This document shows, one piece after another, positions 1 to 9,990 of a DNA stretch of 64,000 bases. The stretch spans positions 64,001 to 128,000 of the forward strand of contig JAZKFH010000032.1 of assembly GCA_040386535.1 (NCBI GenBank), read 5' to 3'. Under the pieces are notes generated by a model. It searched no databases. It was given only the letters and a program-made list of their open reading frames with translations, and was not told the DNA's origin. The translations under genes and the position numbers were made by a program. Within the stretch, counting starts at the first letter, position 1. Every line of letters begins with the position of its first letter. Origin of the DNA: Myxococcota bacterium. Its GTDB lineage: Bacteria > Myxococcota_A > UBA796 > SXON01.

Positions 1-2998
1 GGAAACGATCAAGCGCCAGAGGGGGCGCCCCCGGGTACTCCTGCAGGGCTCGCTCAAGCCGCTGAACACCTTCGGTTGCACGGTCTGCGTATACGAGCTG
101 CCTTCCGACCATGTCTTCGACGATCGCATGCGCCGCCCCCGGAGCGAGTTCAGCCAAGGCCTCGTCACCAAGGGACACCGCACCCTCGACGTCGAAAAGC
201 TGCTCCGCCCGAACGGTGATCTGGCCGGAAATGGCACAGGCGGTGAGTACTGGCAGCCGGAGGCGGCGACCGGCTGTGGCAAGGGAATCCAGCGCGGCCT
301 GGATCGGTGCCCAGGCGCGCTCCGAAGCCGGCCGCTCCAACTCCTCCGACCAGAGGCGATTGACAGTCCCTCTCGCAAGTATGGCAAACTCGCCCTCGCC
401 CGCCCACTTCGCGCGCACCGAATCTGGTAGCAACGCCAGCAAATCCACCCAGGAGTTGACGTGTTCGGGTCGTGTGACGTGGGCCATGTGTAGCCGAACA
501 CATAGCTCCAGGGAGCGCAGCTGCTCCAACGTGCCGACAGCGCCGGCGGCGCCGCTGGCGAGGAGACGCGCACCCTCGTTCGGGTCGACTGTCGAGACTG
601 CTTCATGGGCAACCAACGCCGCCCCGAGGAGCGCCCATCCGGCAGCGCCCCTCGCGACCTCTGCGCGAAGCGCACCGATGGCCTTCTCAGGGACAACGCC
701 TCGCGCGTGTTCAACCCTCACCTGCATCGCCCGAACCAGAATCCGTACGTCCGGCCGCATCCTTACAGGCAACCCATTGGGCCAACGCGACGACAAGCCA
801 GGGTCAAGAGCGACAGCTCCGTCCGAGACCAGGGCGTTGAGGTACTGGACGAGCACGACCCCAGCGGAATCCGCGTCATCGCTGCTTTCGAAATGGTGCA
901 TCACCCAGCCGGCCTGAATCGGCGTGAGCGAGCCGCGGCCCAGATACCTCCTCGCGAGCGTCTGATGCACTCCGTTCCTCGTCGCTTCCTGTAGCTCGGC
1001 AGGACCAAAAGGTTCCACTGCGGGAGAAACAGACCAGCGCGAGTCACCTTCCATCTCAAGCCAGAGGCCATCAAGCTGTGATTGCAAGGCGCCGGCATGC
1101 CGAACAATCGGTTCCACGAGTGCTATTTCCCGCACGTCCTCGTGGCTGAACGGCGTGCGCGGAATGCATAGACGAAACAGGAGTTCCCTGGCGACGGGGT
1201 CCGCCACTGTGCCCGTCACCTGGCGGAGCACGAAGGCGCGCTGGCGCGCGTCCTCGCCTGGGGCGAAAATTGCCTTCATCGATGCCAGGTCAAACGTCCA
1301 TCCTTGCGACGCAAGCACCGAGATACACTGATTGAGACGCTCGGGGTGCCCGTCGGTGACGGCGAGCAAGTGCGTCAGGAGCACGCCGTTCGCGAGAACT
1401 TCAGCCGGCGCCGCACGGGCGTGCAGGAGCGTCCGAGCATCCTCGGAGGTAAACCTGGGCGCGCGAACCTCGAACGCCGCCTCGCCCTCAATCACGCTGG
1501 CAGGCAAACGAAGCGTGCCCGTGGTCACAAGGCGCGCCCCTGGCTGGAGGCTGCGGACAAGCTCCGATACCAATGCCGCGAAGTCCGAGACCACGTCCGG
1601 GATGTCGTCGAGGACCAGTACTGCGTCGTTGCCAAGGAGGCGTGCCATTGTGCTGGCAGGGCTCTCCCCACCTGCGGCCTCTGACCACGTCGCCGACCGA
1701 AAGGAGAGCACCGGGTCGGCAGCACCGCGGAGGCGTAGCCAGAGCACCCTTGTGCCGTCCATCGTGGCAACCCGGCGTGCGAGGTTGGTCTTCCCCGTTC
1801 GAATGGAGCCCCAGAGGTGAAGCCACGGATTCGTCGCAAGGGCCTGGCCGATTGCCTGCTCTGCAATCGGTCGTGGTACAACCAACGGACTTTCCGCAGG
1901 TGGGTCCAGGGACGGCGGTGGAGCCGTTCGCAACGCAGGGCCAAGTCGCAGGAGGAGGCGGCCAACCGCGTGCCGTGAGGCAATCTCCGCCTGTTTCAAA
2001 TCGGCTGAAGAGGAGGGAGCCGCTACTTCGGGCGAGTCACCGGGCGAAACGAGCGCGGCAAGGATGGCGATCAGGTGGTCGTGATCGCCGATCCGTTGTT
2101 CGTGAAGGTCGATCCGTTCCTCGATCCGTGCAACGCGGAGCTCGAGGTGTTGGAGGCGGGTTCGGATCGTTGCGGCAGCCGCGCGATCGGCCTGAAGATC
2201 ACTCCGCTGCACCCGAAGTGTGAGGTCGGCGGAGTCAACCTCACGATCTCCGTCCCCGGACAGCAGGCGGAACACGTGCACGAACAGAGAGTCGTAGGCA
2301 AGCTCGGCGGCGCTCGAGTCGGCGCAAAGGCCTCGTTCAACAAGGCGGCGACGAGACCCCTCTGCCAGCTCCTTGGAGTCCTTTGCGTCCAGGTTCCACC
2401 GCAGGCCGCGAAGGAGCGGCACCACCCCCACGACCGGGTCAGCCTCCAAGAGCGCGCGGAAGACCTTCCAGTCTTCGTCGCTCACGCCCTTCTTCGGCTG
2501 CTCGGCCGACGCGAGCAGGCCCTGAATCGTCGCAAGGTCCGCCGCGTCCTCGGTCAAATCCGCGCCTTCGCCACCCAGTTCATTCCACCGTAGCAGCGCT
2601 CGCCTCGGCGGCGAGAACGGATTCGGGCGCTCTTGCCCGGCCTGCGCGGTCGTCAGGAAGTTCATGTGTACGTGCACATTCGGATTACGATGCCGATGCC
2701 CCGCAAGGTGCGCAACCGCCGAGATCGCCGACACGCTGCGGAGTGTAATCGTTCCGCTCAGCCGCTTGACCTGCGTGACCAACCGGTCCTCATCAAATGC
2801 CACGCCCGAGAGGGCGGGCGCAATGACATCGATGTCCTCACCGCCTTCAAGAAACAGCCTCTGGTCGTCAGCGAGCTGGAGCCAGTGATGGATCGTCTGG
2901 TCGACTTGGTAGCAAAAACCGGCAATCGTCGCGACAGCCTCTCGCTCCTCCTCAGTTCGGAAGCCGGGCGGTTGCATCGCTTCGGGCAGGTCGGCCAT
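1..2998 (-). CDS. Cap4-like (DUF4297) nuclease - STAND NTPase - helical/TPR-like sensor protein (Avs-like), 3' end beyond window
   Basis: Hand translation: open frame from ATG 2998 (in-frame ATG also at 3028) to the edge. N-terminus REAVATIAGFCYQ...LEGGEDID...TQVKR; Walker A GSIRTGKT (~1787-1810); Walker B AVLVLDD (~1604-1624); LVTTG; GxP-like DGHP; then Ala/Leu-rich helical region. Confidence 0.8.
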   Translation of the reverse strand, partial: MADLPEAMQPPGFRTEEEREAVATIAGFCYQVDQTIHHWLQLADDQRLFLEGGEDIDVIAPALSGVAFDEDRLVTQVKRLSGTITLRSVSAISAVAHLAGHRHRNPNVHVHMNFLTTAQAGQERPNPFSPPRRALLRWNELGGEGADLTEDAADLATIQGLLASAEQPKKGVSDEDWKVFRALLEADPVVGVVPLLRGLRWNLDAKDSKELAEGSRRRLVERGLCADSSAAELAYDSLFVHVFRLLSGDGDREVDSADLTLRVQRSDLQADRAAAATIRTRLQHLELRVARIEERIDLHEQRIGDHDHLIAILAALVSPGDSPEVAAPSSSADLKQAEIASRHAVGRLLLRLGPALRTAPPPSLDPPAESPLVVPRPIAEQAIGQALATNPWLHLWGSIRTGKTNLARRVATMDGTRVLWLRLRGAADPVLSFRSATWSEAAGGESPASTMARLLGNDAVLVLDDIPDVVSDFAALVSELVRSLQPGARLVTTGTLRLPASVIEGEAAFEVRAPRFTSEDARTLLHARAAPAEVLANGVLLTHLLAVTDGHPERLNQCISVLASQGWTFDLASMKAIFAPGEDARQRAFVLRQVTGTVADPVARELLFRLCIPRTPFSHEDVREIALVEPIVRHAGALQSQLDGLWLEMEGDSRWSVSPAVEPFGPAELQEATRNGVHQTLARRYLGRGSLTPIQAGWVMHHFESSDDADSAGVVLVQYLNALVSDGAVALDPGLSSRWPNGLPVRMRPDVRILVRAMQVRVEHARGVVPEKAIGALRAEVARGAAGWALLGAALVAHEAVSTVDPNEGARLLASGAAGAVGTLEQLRSLELCVRLHMAHVTRPEHVNSWVDLLALLPDSVRAKWAGEGEFAILARGTVNRLWSEELERPASERAWAPIQAALDSLATAGRRLRLPVLTACAISGQITVRAEQLFDVEGAVSLGDEALAELAPGAAHAIVEDMVGRQLVYADRATEGVQRLERALQEYPGAPPLALDRF

Positions 2999-3102
2999 TC
3001 GGACCGTAGTAGCCGAGCGTCCGCCCATGGTCCAGCGTGGTACCGGTCCGCATCCTGCCGCCGCCGCGCGTCGCGGCGGGGAACGTGTACCGGCAGCCCA
3101 AG

Positions 3103-4278
3103 CTACCGCCCCACCTCATACCCCAACCGCTCGATCCGCTCCTCCACATCTGCGAGCACACCGAACCCCTCTCCCCACGAGAGCTCGACCAGCCCCTCCC
3201 GGAGCTCGACCCGAACCCGCGTGACACCGGGCATCGCCCCGACATGCCGTGTCACCTTTCCGACGCACGCGTCACAGGTCATGCCGCGCACCCGGAGCAA
3301 GGCGCCGCCCGCCACCGCTGCGACGGGATCCGTGTTCGACGCTAGGTGGGTCCGCGTCTCCGGAAGCGGCGGGCGCACCGCCTCCTCCGAGCCGCCCACC
3401 GCGAGCCGATACCGCCCACGCACGACCAGCGCCCAACTCACCAGCACGAGCATGCCACCGGCCACGACCGTGATCACGACGGCGTTCATCCCCATCACCG
3501 CCATCATCCCGCCGATCATGCCGGAGGGCATCCCGCCCATCATGCCGGCCATCAGCGCCATCGCGGCGACCATCACGGGGTTGTCGTGGTCCGGGTGGCC
3601 CCGGTGCTCGTCGAGCAGCCCGGCGAGCCAGCCGCCGAGGAGGCCGCCGAGCATCGTCCCGAACATCCCGTACATCATCGGCGCCATCATCACGGGGTGG
3701 CCGAGGTTCTGGCCGCCCATCAGCGCGGCCATGACGAACGTCAGGACAAGGAGCAGCACCACCGAGACCGTCAGGAGGATCGCGAGCCGGTCCCGCATCC
3801 GGAGCGGCTGTTGCTCCCCGGCCAAGGGGAGACCGTTCGGCCCGCAGACCCGGCCGCGTTCGTCGAGGTGGGGGAGCCGGATCATCACGAGCGGGCGCCA
3901 CCATCCCACGAGCGCGTGGAGCGCGGTGAGGCCGACCGCGCCGACCCACAGGGGCAACCAGGGGACCTGGAGCGCGAGCCCGGTCAGGGCCGTCCCCACG
4001 AGCCCCGCGGAGAGCGTACCCAGGATCGAGCCCATCGACGAGGTGACGCCCATGTCGAGGTCGCTGCAGCAGTCCTCCTCCATCGCAGCGCCCAGCCAAC
4101 CTCCGACGCGCGCCCCAACGAGGCACGCCCAGGCGCCGTAGAACACGAGCTGCAGGAGCACCATGTCCATGGGGCTCTTCTCGAAGAGGAACCCGGTGAG
4201 GCCCGCGCCCCCGAGTGACACCGCCGATGCCACGAAGAACGTGTCACGGGCCACACGTCGAGTTGTGAGGTGCTGCAT
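3103..4278 (-). CDS. Met/Gly-rich polytopic membrane protein with C-terminal HMA domain
   Basis: Many TM segments; MMAPMM and MALMAGMMGGMPSGMIGGMMAVMGM; C-terminal GMTCDAC; starts 3 bp after the ATPase stop. Confidence 0.85.
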   Translation of the reverse strand: MQHLTTRRVARDTFFVASAVSLGGAGLTGFLFEKSPMDMVLLQLVFYGAWACLVGARVGGWLGAAMEEDCCSDLDMGVTSSMGSILGTLSAGLVGTALTGLALQVPWLPLWVGAVGLTALHALVGWWRPLVMIRLPHLDERGRVCGPNGLPLAGEQQPLRMRDRLAILLTVSVVLLLVLTFVMAALMGGQNLGHPVMMAPMMYGMFGTMLGGLLGGWLAGLLDEHRGHPDHDNPVMVAAMALMAGMMGGMPSGMIGGMMAVMGMNAVVITVVAGGMLVLVSWALVVRGRYRLAVGGSEEAVRPPLPETRTHLASNTDPVAAVAGGALLRVRGMTCDACVGKVTRHVGAMPGVTRVRVELREGLVELSWGEGFGVLADVEERIERLGYEVGR

Positions 4279-4281
4279 CGC

Positions 4282-7050
4282 CTACCTCGCGAGCGCGGGG
4301 GTGCCGACCGGCTCCGGGACGGGCGAGGGGGGCGGCACGAGGACCGGCGCGTCCGGAGTGGGCTCGAAGCCGCGCAGCCGGAGCGCGTTCGTGACAACCG
4401 ACACCGACGAGAGCGCCATCGCGGCGGACGCGATCATCGGTGAGAGGAGCCCGAGCGCCGCGACCGGGATGCCGACCGTGTTGTAGGCGAACGCCCAGAA
4501 CAGGTTCTGCTTGATGATGCGAATCGTGGCGGCCGAAAGCTCGATCGCGGTGGCGACCTTGGCGATGTCCCCCTTGATGAGGGTCAGGGACGCGGCCTCC
4601 ATCGCGACGTCCGTCCCGGTGCCGATCGCGAAGGACACGTCGGCGGCCGCGAGGGCTGGGGCGTCATTGATGCCGTCTCCCACCATGCCGACGACATGGC
4701 CCGCGGCCTGGAGCTTCTTGATGAGGGCGACCTTCTCACCCGGGGAGGCCTCGGCGAGTACGTGATCGATGCCGACGGCCGACGCGATCGCCTCGCCGGT
4801 GCGCTTGTTGTCGCCCGTGGCCATGATGAGCTTCACGCCCATCTTGTGCAGCCGGGCGACCGCGCCCTTCGAGGTGTCCTTCAACGTGTCGGCCACGCCG
4901 ATGACCGCGAGCGGCACACCATCCAGCGCCGCCAGGATCGCGGTGCGTCCTTGCGCCTCGATGGGTTCCGCCGCATCGGCGAGCGGCCCGATCGCGACCC
5001 CGTGGTCCCGCATCAGCCGCCGGTTCCCGACCAGGATTCGCATCGGCACCCCGTCCCGCTCGACGGTGGCGACGACGCCCTGGCCAGTCACCGACTCGAA
5101 CGCCGATGCCTCGAGAGACAGCGCGCCGAGCGCCTTCGCATGGGCGACGACGGCCTCGCCGAGCGGGTGCTCTGAGTACCGCTCCGCGGCCGCCAGAAGC
5201 GCGAGGACTTCGAGGTCGCCGCGGCCATCCAGGCGGACGAGATCGGTGACGGCGGGCTCACCCCGAGTGAGCGTTCCTGTCTTGTCGAAGACTAGCACGT
5301 CGATGTTCTGCGCCCTCTCCAGGGCCTCGGCGTTCCGGACGAGGATGCCGTGCTCGGCGGCTTTGCCGGTGCCGACCATGATCGCCGTGGGTGTCGCGAG
5401 ACCGAGCGCGCACGGACACGCGATCACGAGCACGGCAACCGTGGGGAGCAACGTCCCGGCCACACCGGCGCCAGCCACGGCCCACGCCACCGCGGTCACG
5501 CCTGCCACCGCGAGCACGCCCGGGACGAACCGCGCCGAGACCTGGTCCGCCATGCGCTGGATCGGCGCCTTGCTGCCCTGGGCGTCCTCCACCATGCGGA
5601 TGATCTGCGCGAGCGCCGTGTCCTCGCCGACGCGGGTGGCCTCGACCAGGAGCCGACCGTTGCGGTTGACCGTCGCACCGATGACCGCGTCTCCGGGGCC
5701 CCGGAGGACGGGTAGGCTCTCGCCGGTGATCATCGACTCGTCGACCGAGGAGCTCCCCTCCAGCACGCGCCCGTCGACGGGGATCCGCTCTCCCGGCCGC
5801 ACCACGACACGCTCGGTGACGAGGACCTCCTCGATCGGCACGTCGATCTCCGCCCCGGCACGCAGGACACGCGCGGTCTTCGGCTGGAGGCCGGCGAGCT
5901 TGCGGATCGCGTCGTTCGCCTGGGTCTTTGCGCGATCCTCCAGGTACTTCCCCAGCAGGATGAGCGTGACGATGATCGCCGCCACCTCGAAGTAGAACAT
6001 CATCCCGCCAGTCAGGAGCTCGTAGACGCTGTACGCGAACGCGGCGCCGGTCCCGATGGCGATCAGGGTGTCCATGTTGGCGGTCCCGCCGCGCGCGAGC
6101 TTCCACGCCACGGAGAAGAACTCCCGACCGGCCCAGAACACCACGGGCGTGGTGAGCGCGAGCTGCACCCACCCGACGCCCGGGAACATGACGTTGAACA
6201 TCGCGATGCCGAGCACGGGTACGGAGAGCACCGCCGCGCCGACCAGGCGGCGCCACAACGACTGGAGGCGCGACTGCTCCCGAGCGCGGATCTCGTCCGG
6301 ACGTTCGGTCCGAGCGATGGGATGGAGGTCGTAGCCCGCCGCCTGTACCGCCTTGACGAGCGCCACGTTGGTAGCGGTGCCCTTCACGGAGGCCTTGTGG
6401 GTCGCGAGGTTGACCGTAGCCGTCGTGACACCCGGCACTCGCGCGAGCGCCTTCTCGACGCGCGACACGCACGAAGCACACGTCATCCCTTCCACCCGGA
6501 ACGCGCGGTCCTCGGCACGGGAGGGCCGTGGGTCCACCGGCTTGTACCCCGCCTTCTCGATGGCCTCGAAGAGCGCTCCCCAGGTCGCCTCGCCCTCCAC
6601 GGTGGCCTTGGCGGTGGCGAGGTTCACGGTCGCCGTCGTGACGCCGGGCACCTTCGCGAGCACCTTCTCGATTCGCGCCGAACACGACGCACAGGTCATG
6701 CCCTCGACAGGGAACGTGACCTTGCCCGGGATGCGCTCGTCGAGCGCCGGGGTGGTCTCCAGGAAGGACACGGCATCGGCGAGCTTCGCCCGGAATCGCG
6801 ACAGGAGGCGGGAGAACTCCCCCAGCAGCGCGGTCACGCGCGTAAACAGGTGCTCGCGGGCCCCCACGTCGGGGTCGAAGCGCACGATGAGAGAGCCCGT
6901 GGCGTCGCTCGCGGAGACGGCGAGCACCCCCCGCTCGTCCACCAGCGCCTCGCAGAGGGCGCGGCAGGCGTCCGCCGAACCGCGGAGCAGCGGGATCCGC
7001 AGCCGCACCCGCGTGGAGAGGGCGTGTTCGACGGTGAAGGAGGCGTCCAT
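4282..7050 (-). CDS. copA: Cu(I)-type P1B-1 ATPase with N-terminal HMA_2-like domain plus two HMA domains
   Basis: GMTCASC twice, [37 protein letters not shown]-terminal [12 protein letters not shown]...[10 protein letters not shown]. Confidence 0.93.
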   Translation of the reverse strand: MDASFTVEHALSTRVRLRIPLLRGSADACRALCEALVDERGVLAVSASDATGSLIVRFDPDVGAREHLFTRVTALLGEFSRLLSRFRAKLADAVSFLETTPALDERIPGKVTFPVEGMTCASCSARIEKVLAKVPGVTTATVNLATAKATVEGEATWGALFEAIEKAGYKPVDPRPSRAEDRAFRVEGMTCASCVSRVEKALARVPGVTTATVNLATHKASVKGTATNVALVKAVQAAGYDLHPIARTERPDEIRAREQSRLQSLWRRLVGAAVLSVPVLGIAMFNVMFPGVGWVQLALTTPVVFWAGREFFSVAWKLARGGTANMDTLIAIGTGAAFAYSVYELLTGGMMFYFEVAAIIVTLILLGKYLEDRAKTQANDAIRKLAGLQPKTARVLRAGAEIDVPIEEVLVTERVVVRPGERIPVDGRVLEGSSSVDESMITGESLPVLRGPGDAVIGATVNRNGRLLVEATRVGEDTALAQIIRMVEDAQGSKAPIQRMADQVSARFVPGVLAVAGVTAVAWAVAGAGVAGTLLPTVAVLVIACPCALGLATPTAIMVGTGKAAEHGILVRNAEALERAQNIDVLVFDKTGTLTRGEPAVTDLVRLDGRGDLEVLALLAAAERYSEHPLGEAVVAHAKALGALSLEASAFESVTGQGVVATVERDGVPMRILVGNRRLMRDHGVAIGPLADAAEPIEAQGRTAILAALDGVPLAVIGVADTLKDTSKGAVARLHKMGVKLIMATGDNKRTGEAIASAVGIDHVLAEASPGEKVALIKKLQAAGHVVGMVGDGINDAPALAAADVSFAIGTGTDVAMEAASLTLIKGDIAKVATAIELSAATIRIIKQNLFWAFAYNTVGIPVAALGLLSPMIASAAMALSSVSVVTNALRLRGFEPTPDAPVLVPPPSPVPEPVGTPALAR

Positions 7051-7057
7051 GCGTTCC

Positions 7058-7561
7058 TCAGGTCGAGAGTTGCGGGATGGCCCGGATCTGGCGCCGGTGT
7101 GTCCAGACGCCGAAGCCGAGGAGGCCCCAGCCCCACCAGTAGCGGAGGGGCGCGCGGAGCCAGGAGCGGATCACCCACAGGTGGATCCAGACGAGCGCGA
7201 GCAGATACGCGGCCTGGACCACCTTGCCGAAGAGCCGCTCGCGGCGGGCCTTCTCCTGCTCGGCGAGCGCGTCCCGGAAGGGCAGGATCTCCATCTTCGG
7301 GACCTGGGGCGTGGCCTGCCGGTCGACCTCGAGGAGCGCCGGCCGGTCGTCAGTGAGCCAGGGGTCGTAGAAGACGGAGAGCCGGGCGCGGGTCCGGTCC
7401 ACGACGACGCGCCGCACTCCCTTCAGGGCGAGGAGCGCCTTCTCCAAGCGCGTCGCGAGCGCGGCGACGTAGAGCAACGGAGGGATGTGCAGTCGTAGAT
7501 AGCCAGCTTCGCGCCGTAGGACGAGAATCTCCCTCGTCTCGGCGGGAACGAGCGCCGTCAT
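7058..7561 (-). CDS. HMA_2-like domain membrane protein (FezC-like architecture)
   Basis: [10 protein letters not shown]...[20 protein letters not shown] followed by two Trp-rich TM helices; ATG 7561 overlaps upstream stop (ATGA). Confidence 0.7.
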   Translation of the reverse strand: MTALVPAETREILVLRREAGYLRLHIPPLLYVAALATRLEKALLALKGVRRVVVDRTRARLSVFYDPWLTDDRPALLEVDRQATPQVPKMEILPFRDALAEQEKARRERLFGKVVQAAYLLALVWIHLWVIRSWLRAPLRYWWGWGLLGFGVWTHRRQIRAIPQLST

Positions 7562-7806
7562 GTCGACTCCCGGGAAGGCGGCCGCGGAGGCTCCTGCGAG
7601 AGCGCCTCCGTCAGGGCGACGGGCTTCTGATCCGGGACGATCTCGCGCAACGCGTCGCTGGCGCGGAGCGCACGTCGGACCACGCCCTTCACCAGCCAGC
7701 GGCCCACCTGATCCTGGGGGATGCCCCGCTTCTGCGCGACGTAGCCAACGGCCACCCCCGCGCCAAACAGCCCGACGGTGACACTCCCGACCCATTTCCA
7801 GTTCAT
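7558..7806 (-). CDS. small membrane protein with GxxxG hydrophobic segment and amphipathic helix
   Basis: MNWKWVGSVTVGLFGAGVAVGYVAQ...VGRWLVKGVVRRALRASDALRE; GGAG RBS; operon position. Confidence 0.7.
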   Translation of the reverse strand: MNWKWVGSVTVGLFGAGVAVGYVAQKRGIPQDQVGRWLVKGVVRRALRASDALREIVPDQKPVALTEALSQEPPRPPSREST

Positions 7807-7822
7807 CGATGGCTCCGGTGGT

Positions 7823-8107
7823 TCATTCGACGAGCTCGACCTCGACCGGCCCCCGAACATGCGCCATGCACGCCAGCCGCTCGAACGGGAGGAAGCGGTG
7901 ACGCGCGCGATGTCCGGCTTCGAGCGCGTCCGGGGGCGTCAAGTTTTCCTCGCCGGCGAGGACGGACATCCTGCAGGCCCCACACGCCGCGGTGATCCCA
8001 CAGCAGGCGATCTCCGTGGCGCCTGCCTCGAGGGCCGCTTCCAGCACGGAGGCGCCCTCGCCCACCTCGATGGACGTTCCCGACGGCTGGAACGTCACGC
8101 AGGGCAT
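7823..8107 (-). CDS. 2Fe-2S ferredoxin
   Basis: MPCVTFQPSG...CCGITAACGAC...RLAC; start overlaps upstream stop. Confidence 0.85.
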   Translation of the reverse strand: MPCVTFQPSGTSIEVGEGASVLEAALEAGATEIACCGITAACGACRMSVLAGEENLTPPDALEAGHRARHRFLPFERLACMAHVRGPVEVELVE

Positions 8108-8400
8108 CAGGCGCCCTTCTTCACGAGGTCCATGCCGCCGCACTTCTGGCACTTGCCAGGGTGGTCCTGGGTGACCTCGGGGTGCATCGGGCACCACCAC
8201 GTCTCCGCGGCGGTCGCGGGCGCGTTGGTGGGGGTCGCAGTCGCGTCCACCGGGGTCGCCGGTGCGGGCACCGTGGCCTCGGACGCAGGGGCGGAGGGCC
8301 CGGGCGCGGCTGGGCTCCCCTCGATGGCCGAGCGGGCGGGGTTGGACGCGTCGCTGCACGCGACGAGGAGCAGCACGGGAAGAACGAGGAAGCGGGACAT
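8107..8400 (-). CDS. lipoprotein with heavy-metal-binding domain (HMBD)
   Basis: Lipobox LVAC, Pro/Ala linker, WWCPMHPEV...PGKCQKCGGMDLV. Confidence 0.85.
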   Translation of the reverse strand: MSRFLVLPVLLLVACSDASNPARSAIEGSPAAPGPSAPASEATVPAPATPVDATATPTNAPATAAETWWCPMHPEVTQDHPGKCQKCGGMDLVKKGA

Positions 8401-8412
8401 GGAGGCTCCGGG

Positions 8413-8688
8413 TCAGGCGGGAGTGGGCGATGCCGGCGGGGTTCCCTCGGGAAGCTGGCCCTTGGCCTTCAAGGCCTCCTCCTCCCGCACCTCGGCGACG
8501 AGGTCGGAGAACCTCTCGCTCTGCTCCCCCAGCGCCTGCCGACCGCGCTCGAAGAGGGTGGACCCCTGAGCGAGGGCTTTGCGGGCAAGCGGCCCGCCGA
8601 CCTCGACGATCTTCGGCCAGTTCTTCTGGACGAGCGCGCCTGCGGCGAAGCCGGCGGCGAAGGGGAGCAGGTAACGACCGATGGCCAT
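8413..8688 (-). CDS. DUF5132/FezA-like small membrane-associated protein
   Basis: FAAGFAAGALV (GxxxG), PLARKAL..G..LFE.G, E.FSDLVAEVREE. Confidence 0.7.
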   Translation of the reverse strand: MAIGRYLLPFAAGFAAGALVQKNWPKIVEVGGPLARKALAQGSTLFERGRQALGEQSERFSDLVAEVREEEALKAKGQLPEGTPPASPTPA

Positions 8689-8710
8689 GGTCTCTCCGGA
8701 AACGTGTGGA

Positions 8711-9013
8711 TCAGCGGGGGGCCTTGGTGCCCTCCCACTCGAACAACTGGAGGATCTCGAGCACCTTCTGCTCGCGCTCCTCGGGCGCCCCCTCGGCGAA
8801 CGCCTGGCGAACGCAGGTATCGAGGTAGGACTTCAAGATGTTGCGCTCCACCCGGCGCAGGGCGGCGTGGACGGCGCGCGTCTGCGTGAGGATGTCGACG
8901 CAGTAGCGGCCCTCGACGACCATCCCCCGGATCCCCCGGATCTGGCCCTCGATCCGCGAGAGCGCGTCGAGCTCGGCGTCGTGCCGGGGGTAGCAGCAAT
9001 CGTCTTCAGGCAT
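8711..9013 (-). CDS. csoR: CsoR/RcnR family metal-sensing repressor
   Basis: LSRIEGQIRGIRGMVVEGRYCVDILTQ...YLDTCV; AAGGAG RBS before ATG 9013. Confidence 0.88.
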   Translation of the reverse strand: MPEDDCCYPRHDAELDALSRIEGQIRGIRGMVVEGRYCVDILTQTRAVHAALRRVERNILKSYLDTCVRQAFAEGAPEEREQKVLEILQLFEWEGTKAPR

Positions 9014-9032
9014 GGGCTCCTTCGGTTGCCAC

Positions 9033-9076
9033 ATACCCCCGTAGGGGTATACTCGGAGCATACCCCCCTCGGGGTA
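9033..9076. promoter_or_regulatory. tandem CsoR/RcnR-type operators
   Basis: ATACCCCCGTAGGGGTAT (9033-9050) and ATACCCCCCTCGGGGTA (9060-9076) between csoR and the divergent gene. Confidence 0.8.
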
Positions 9077-9092
9077 GGGGTGCAATCCTCGC

Positions 9093-9990
9093 ATGGTGTC
9101 AACGTCCGTCCGCGATCCTCGGTCACAGGCCACTGGTCCGGTGCTGGTCGAAGGCGGACACTACAGCCTCGGGCGGGACGGCGCACCGGTGCTCTCGGAG
9201 ACGACCATCCGGACGCTTGCGGGGGCTGCGGCGGAGGTCGTGGCGATCCGGAGGTCCGGTGGCAGCGCCACGCTCGGCCTCCTGGTGGGGGACCTCGCGC
9301 TCCCCGCCGGGAGCCGACCGCCTGCGGGCGAGTGGGCCGTCCCGCACCCTTACCGGGAGGTGCTCCTGGGCGCGGGCCTCGACCTGACAGATCTGCGCGT
9401 CTGGACGGAGTCCTACGCCCGGAACCAGGGAAAGCGCCGGCTCCTGGATGAGGCGCGGCGCCGCCACGACGGGCCGCGGACCTACGCCGCCGAAGGGTGG
9501 GCGTTCTTCGTGGGCCACTCCGGAGAGCTCACCGTCGTGTCCGACGCTTCGCTCGACTGGGACGGGGACCTGCACGGCGCCGTCGTCACCCGTGGTGTGT
9601 CACCGCTCTGCCCGCTTGTCTTCGCGGGGCTCAAGCGCGCTGTGTTCCAGGCGGGCTTCACCCGGCACGTGGCGCACTACGCGCTCGCGGACGACGCCTG
9701 GATCGAAGAGAAGCTCAGGGCCGCCGCGGCGATCGCCGCCCAGCTCAGGGGCGGCCGCGTCGGTACGCAGATCGACCGGCTGTACCGCGTCGGTCCCGAC
9801 CCGCACGACCGCACCTGCGCACCCGCGCGAGCTCGTCGCCCCGGGAGAGGGGCCGTGGGAGGCCTTCCTCGAGTCCGTGCGCGGCCTCCGTCCCGATCTC
9901 ACCCCCCTCGACCGAATGGAGACCACATGCAGGCCGATCCTGGATCCGGAGCGCAGCTTGCGGAGCGCGAGTTCCCGCTCTTCCGGGTGA
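9093..9990 (+). CDS. hypothetical protein with probable frameshift near 9815-9825
   Basis: Protein-like to ...PHDRTC; another frame continues HPRELVAPGEGPWEAFLESVRGLRPDL...* (9990), while the listed 510-aa ORF reads Arg/Pro-rich there. Confidence 0.5.

Noticed and set aside
111..4141. Plus-strand ORFs such as 111-917, 2075-2593 and 2633-4141
   Set aside because: Antisense shadows of the STAND gene and the Met-rich membrane gene.
4282..7050. Calling this ATPase fezB
   Set aside because: It has CPC, YN and MxxSS Cu(I) P1B-1 motifs rather than P1B-6 motifs; only the N-terminal domain and gene context are fez-like.
3103..8688. Magnetosome gene cluster
   Set aside because: Gly-rich small membrane proteins are present but no recognisable mamA, B, E, K, M or Q.
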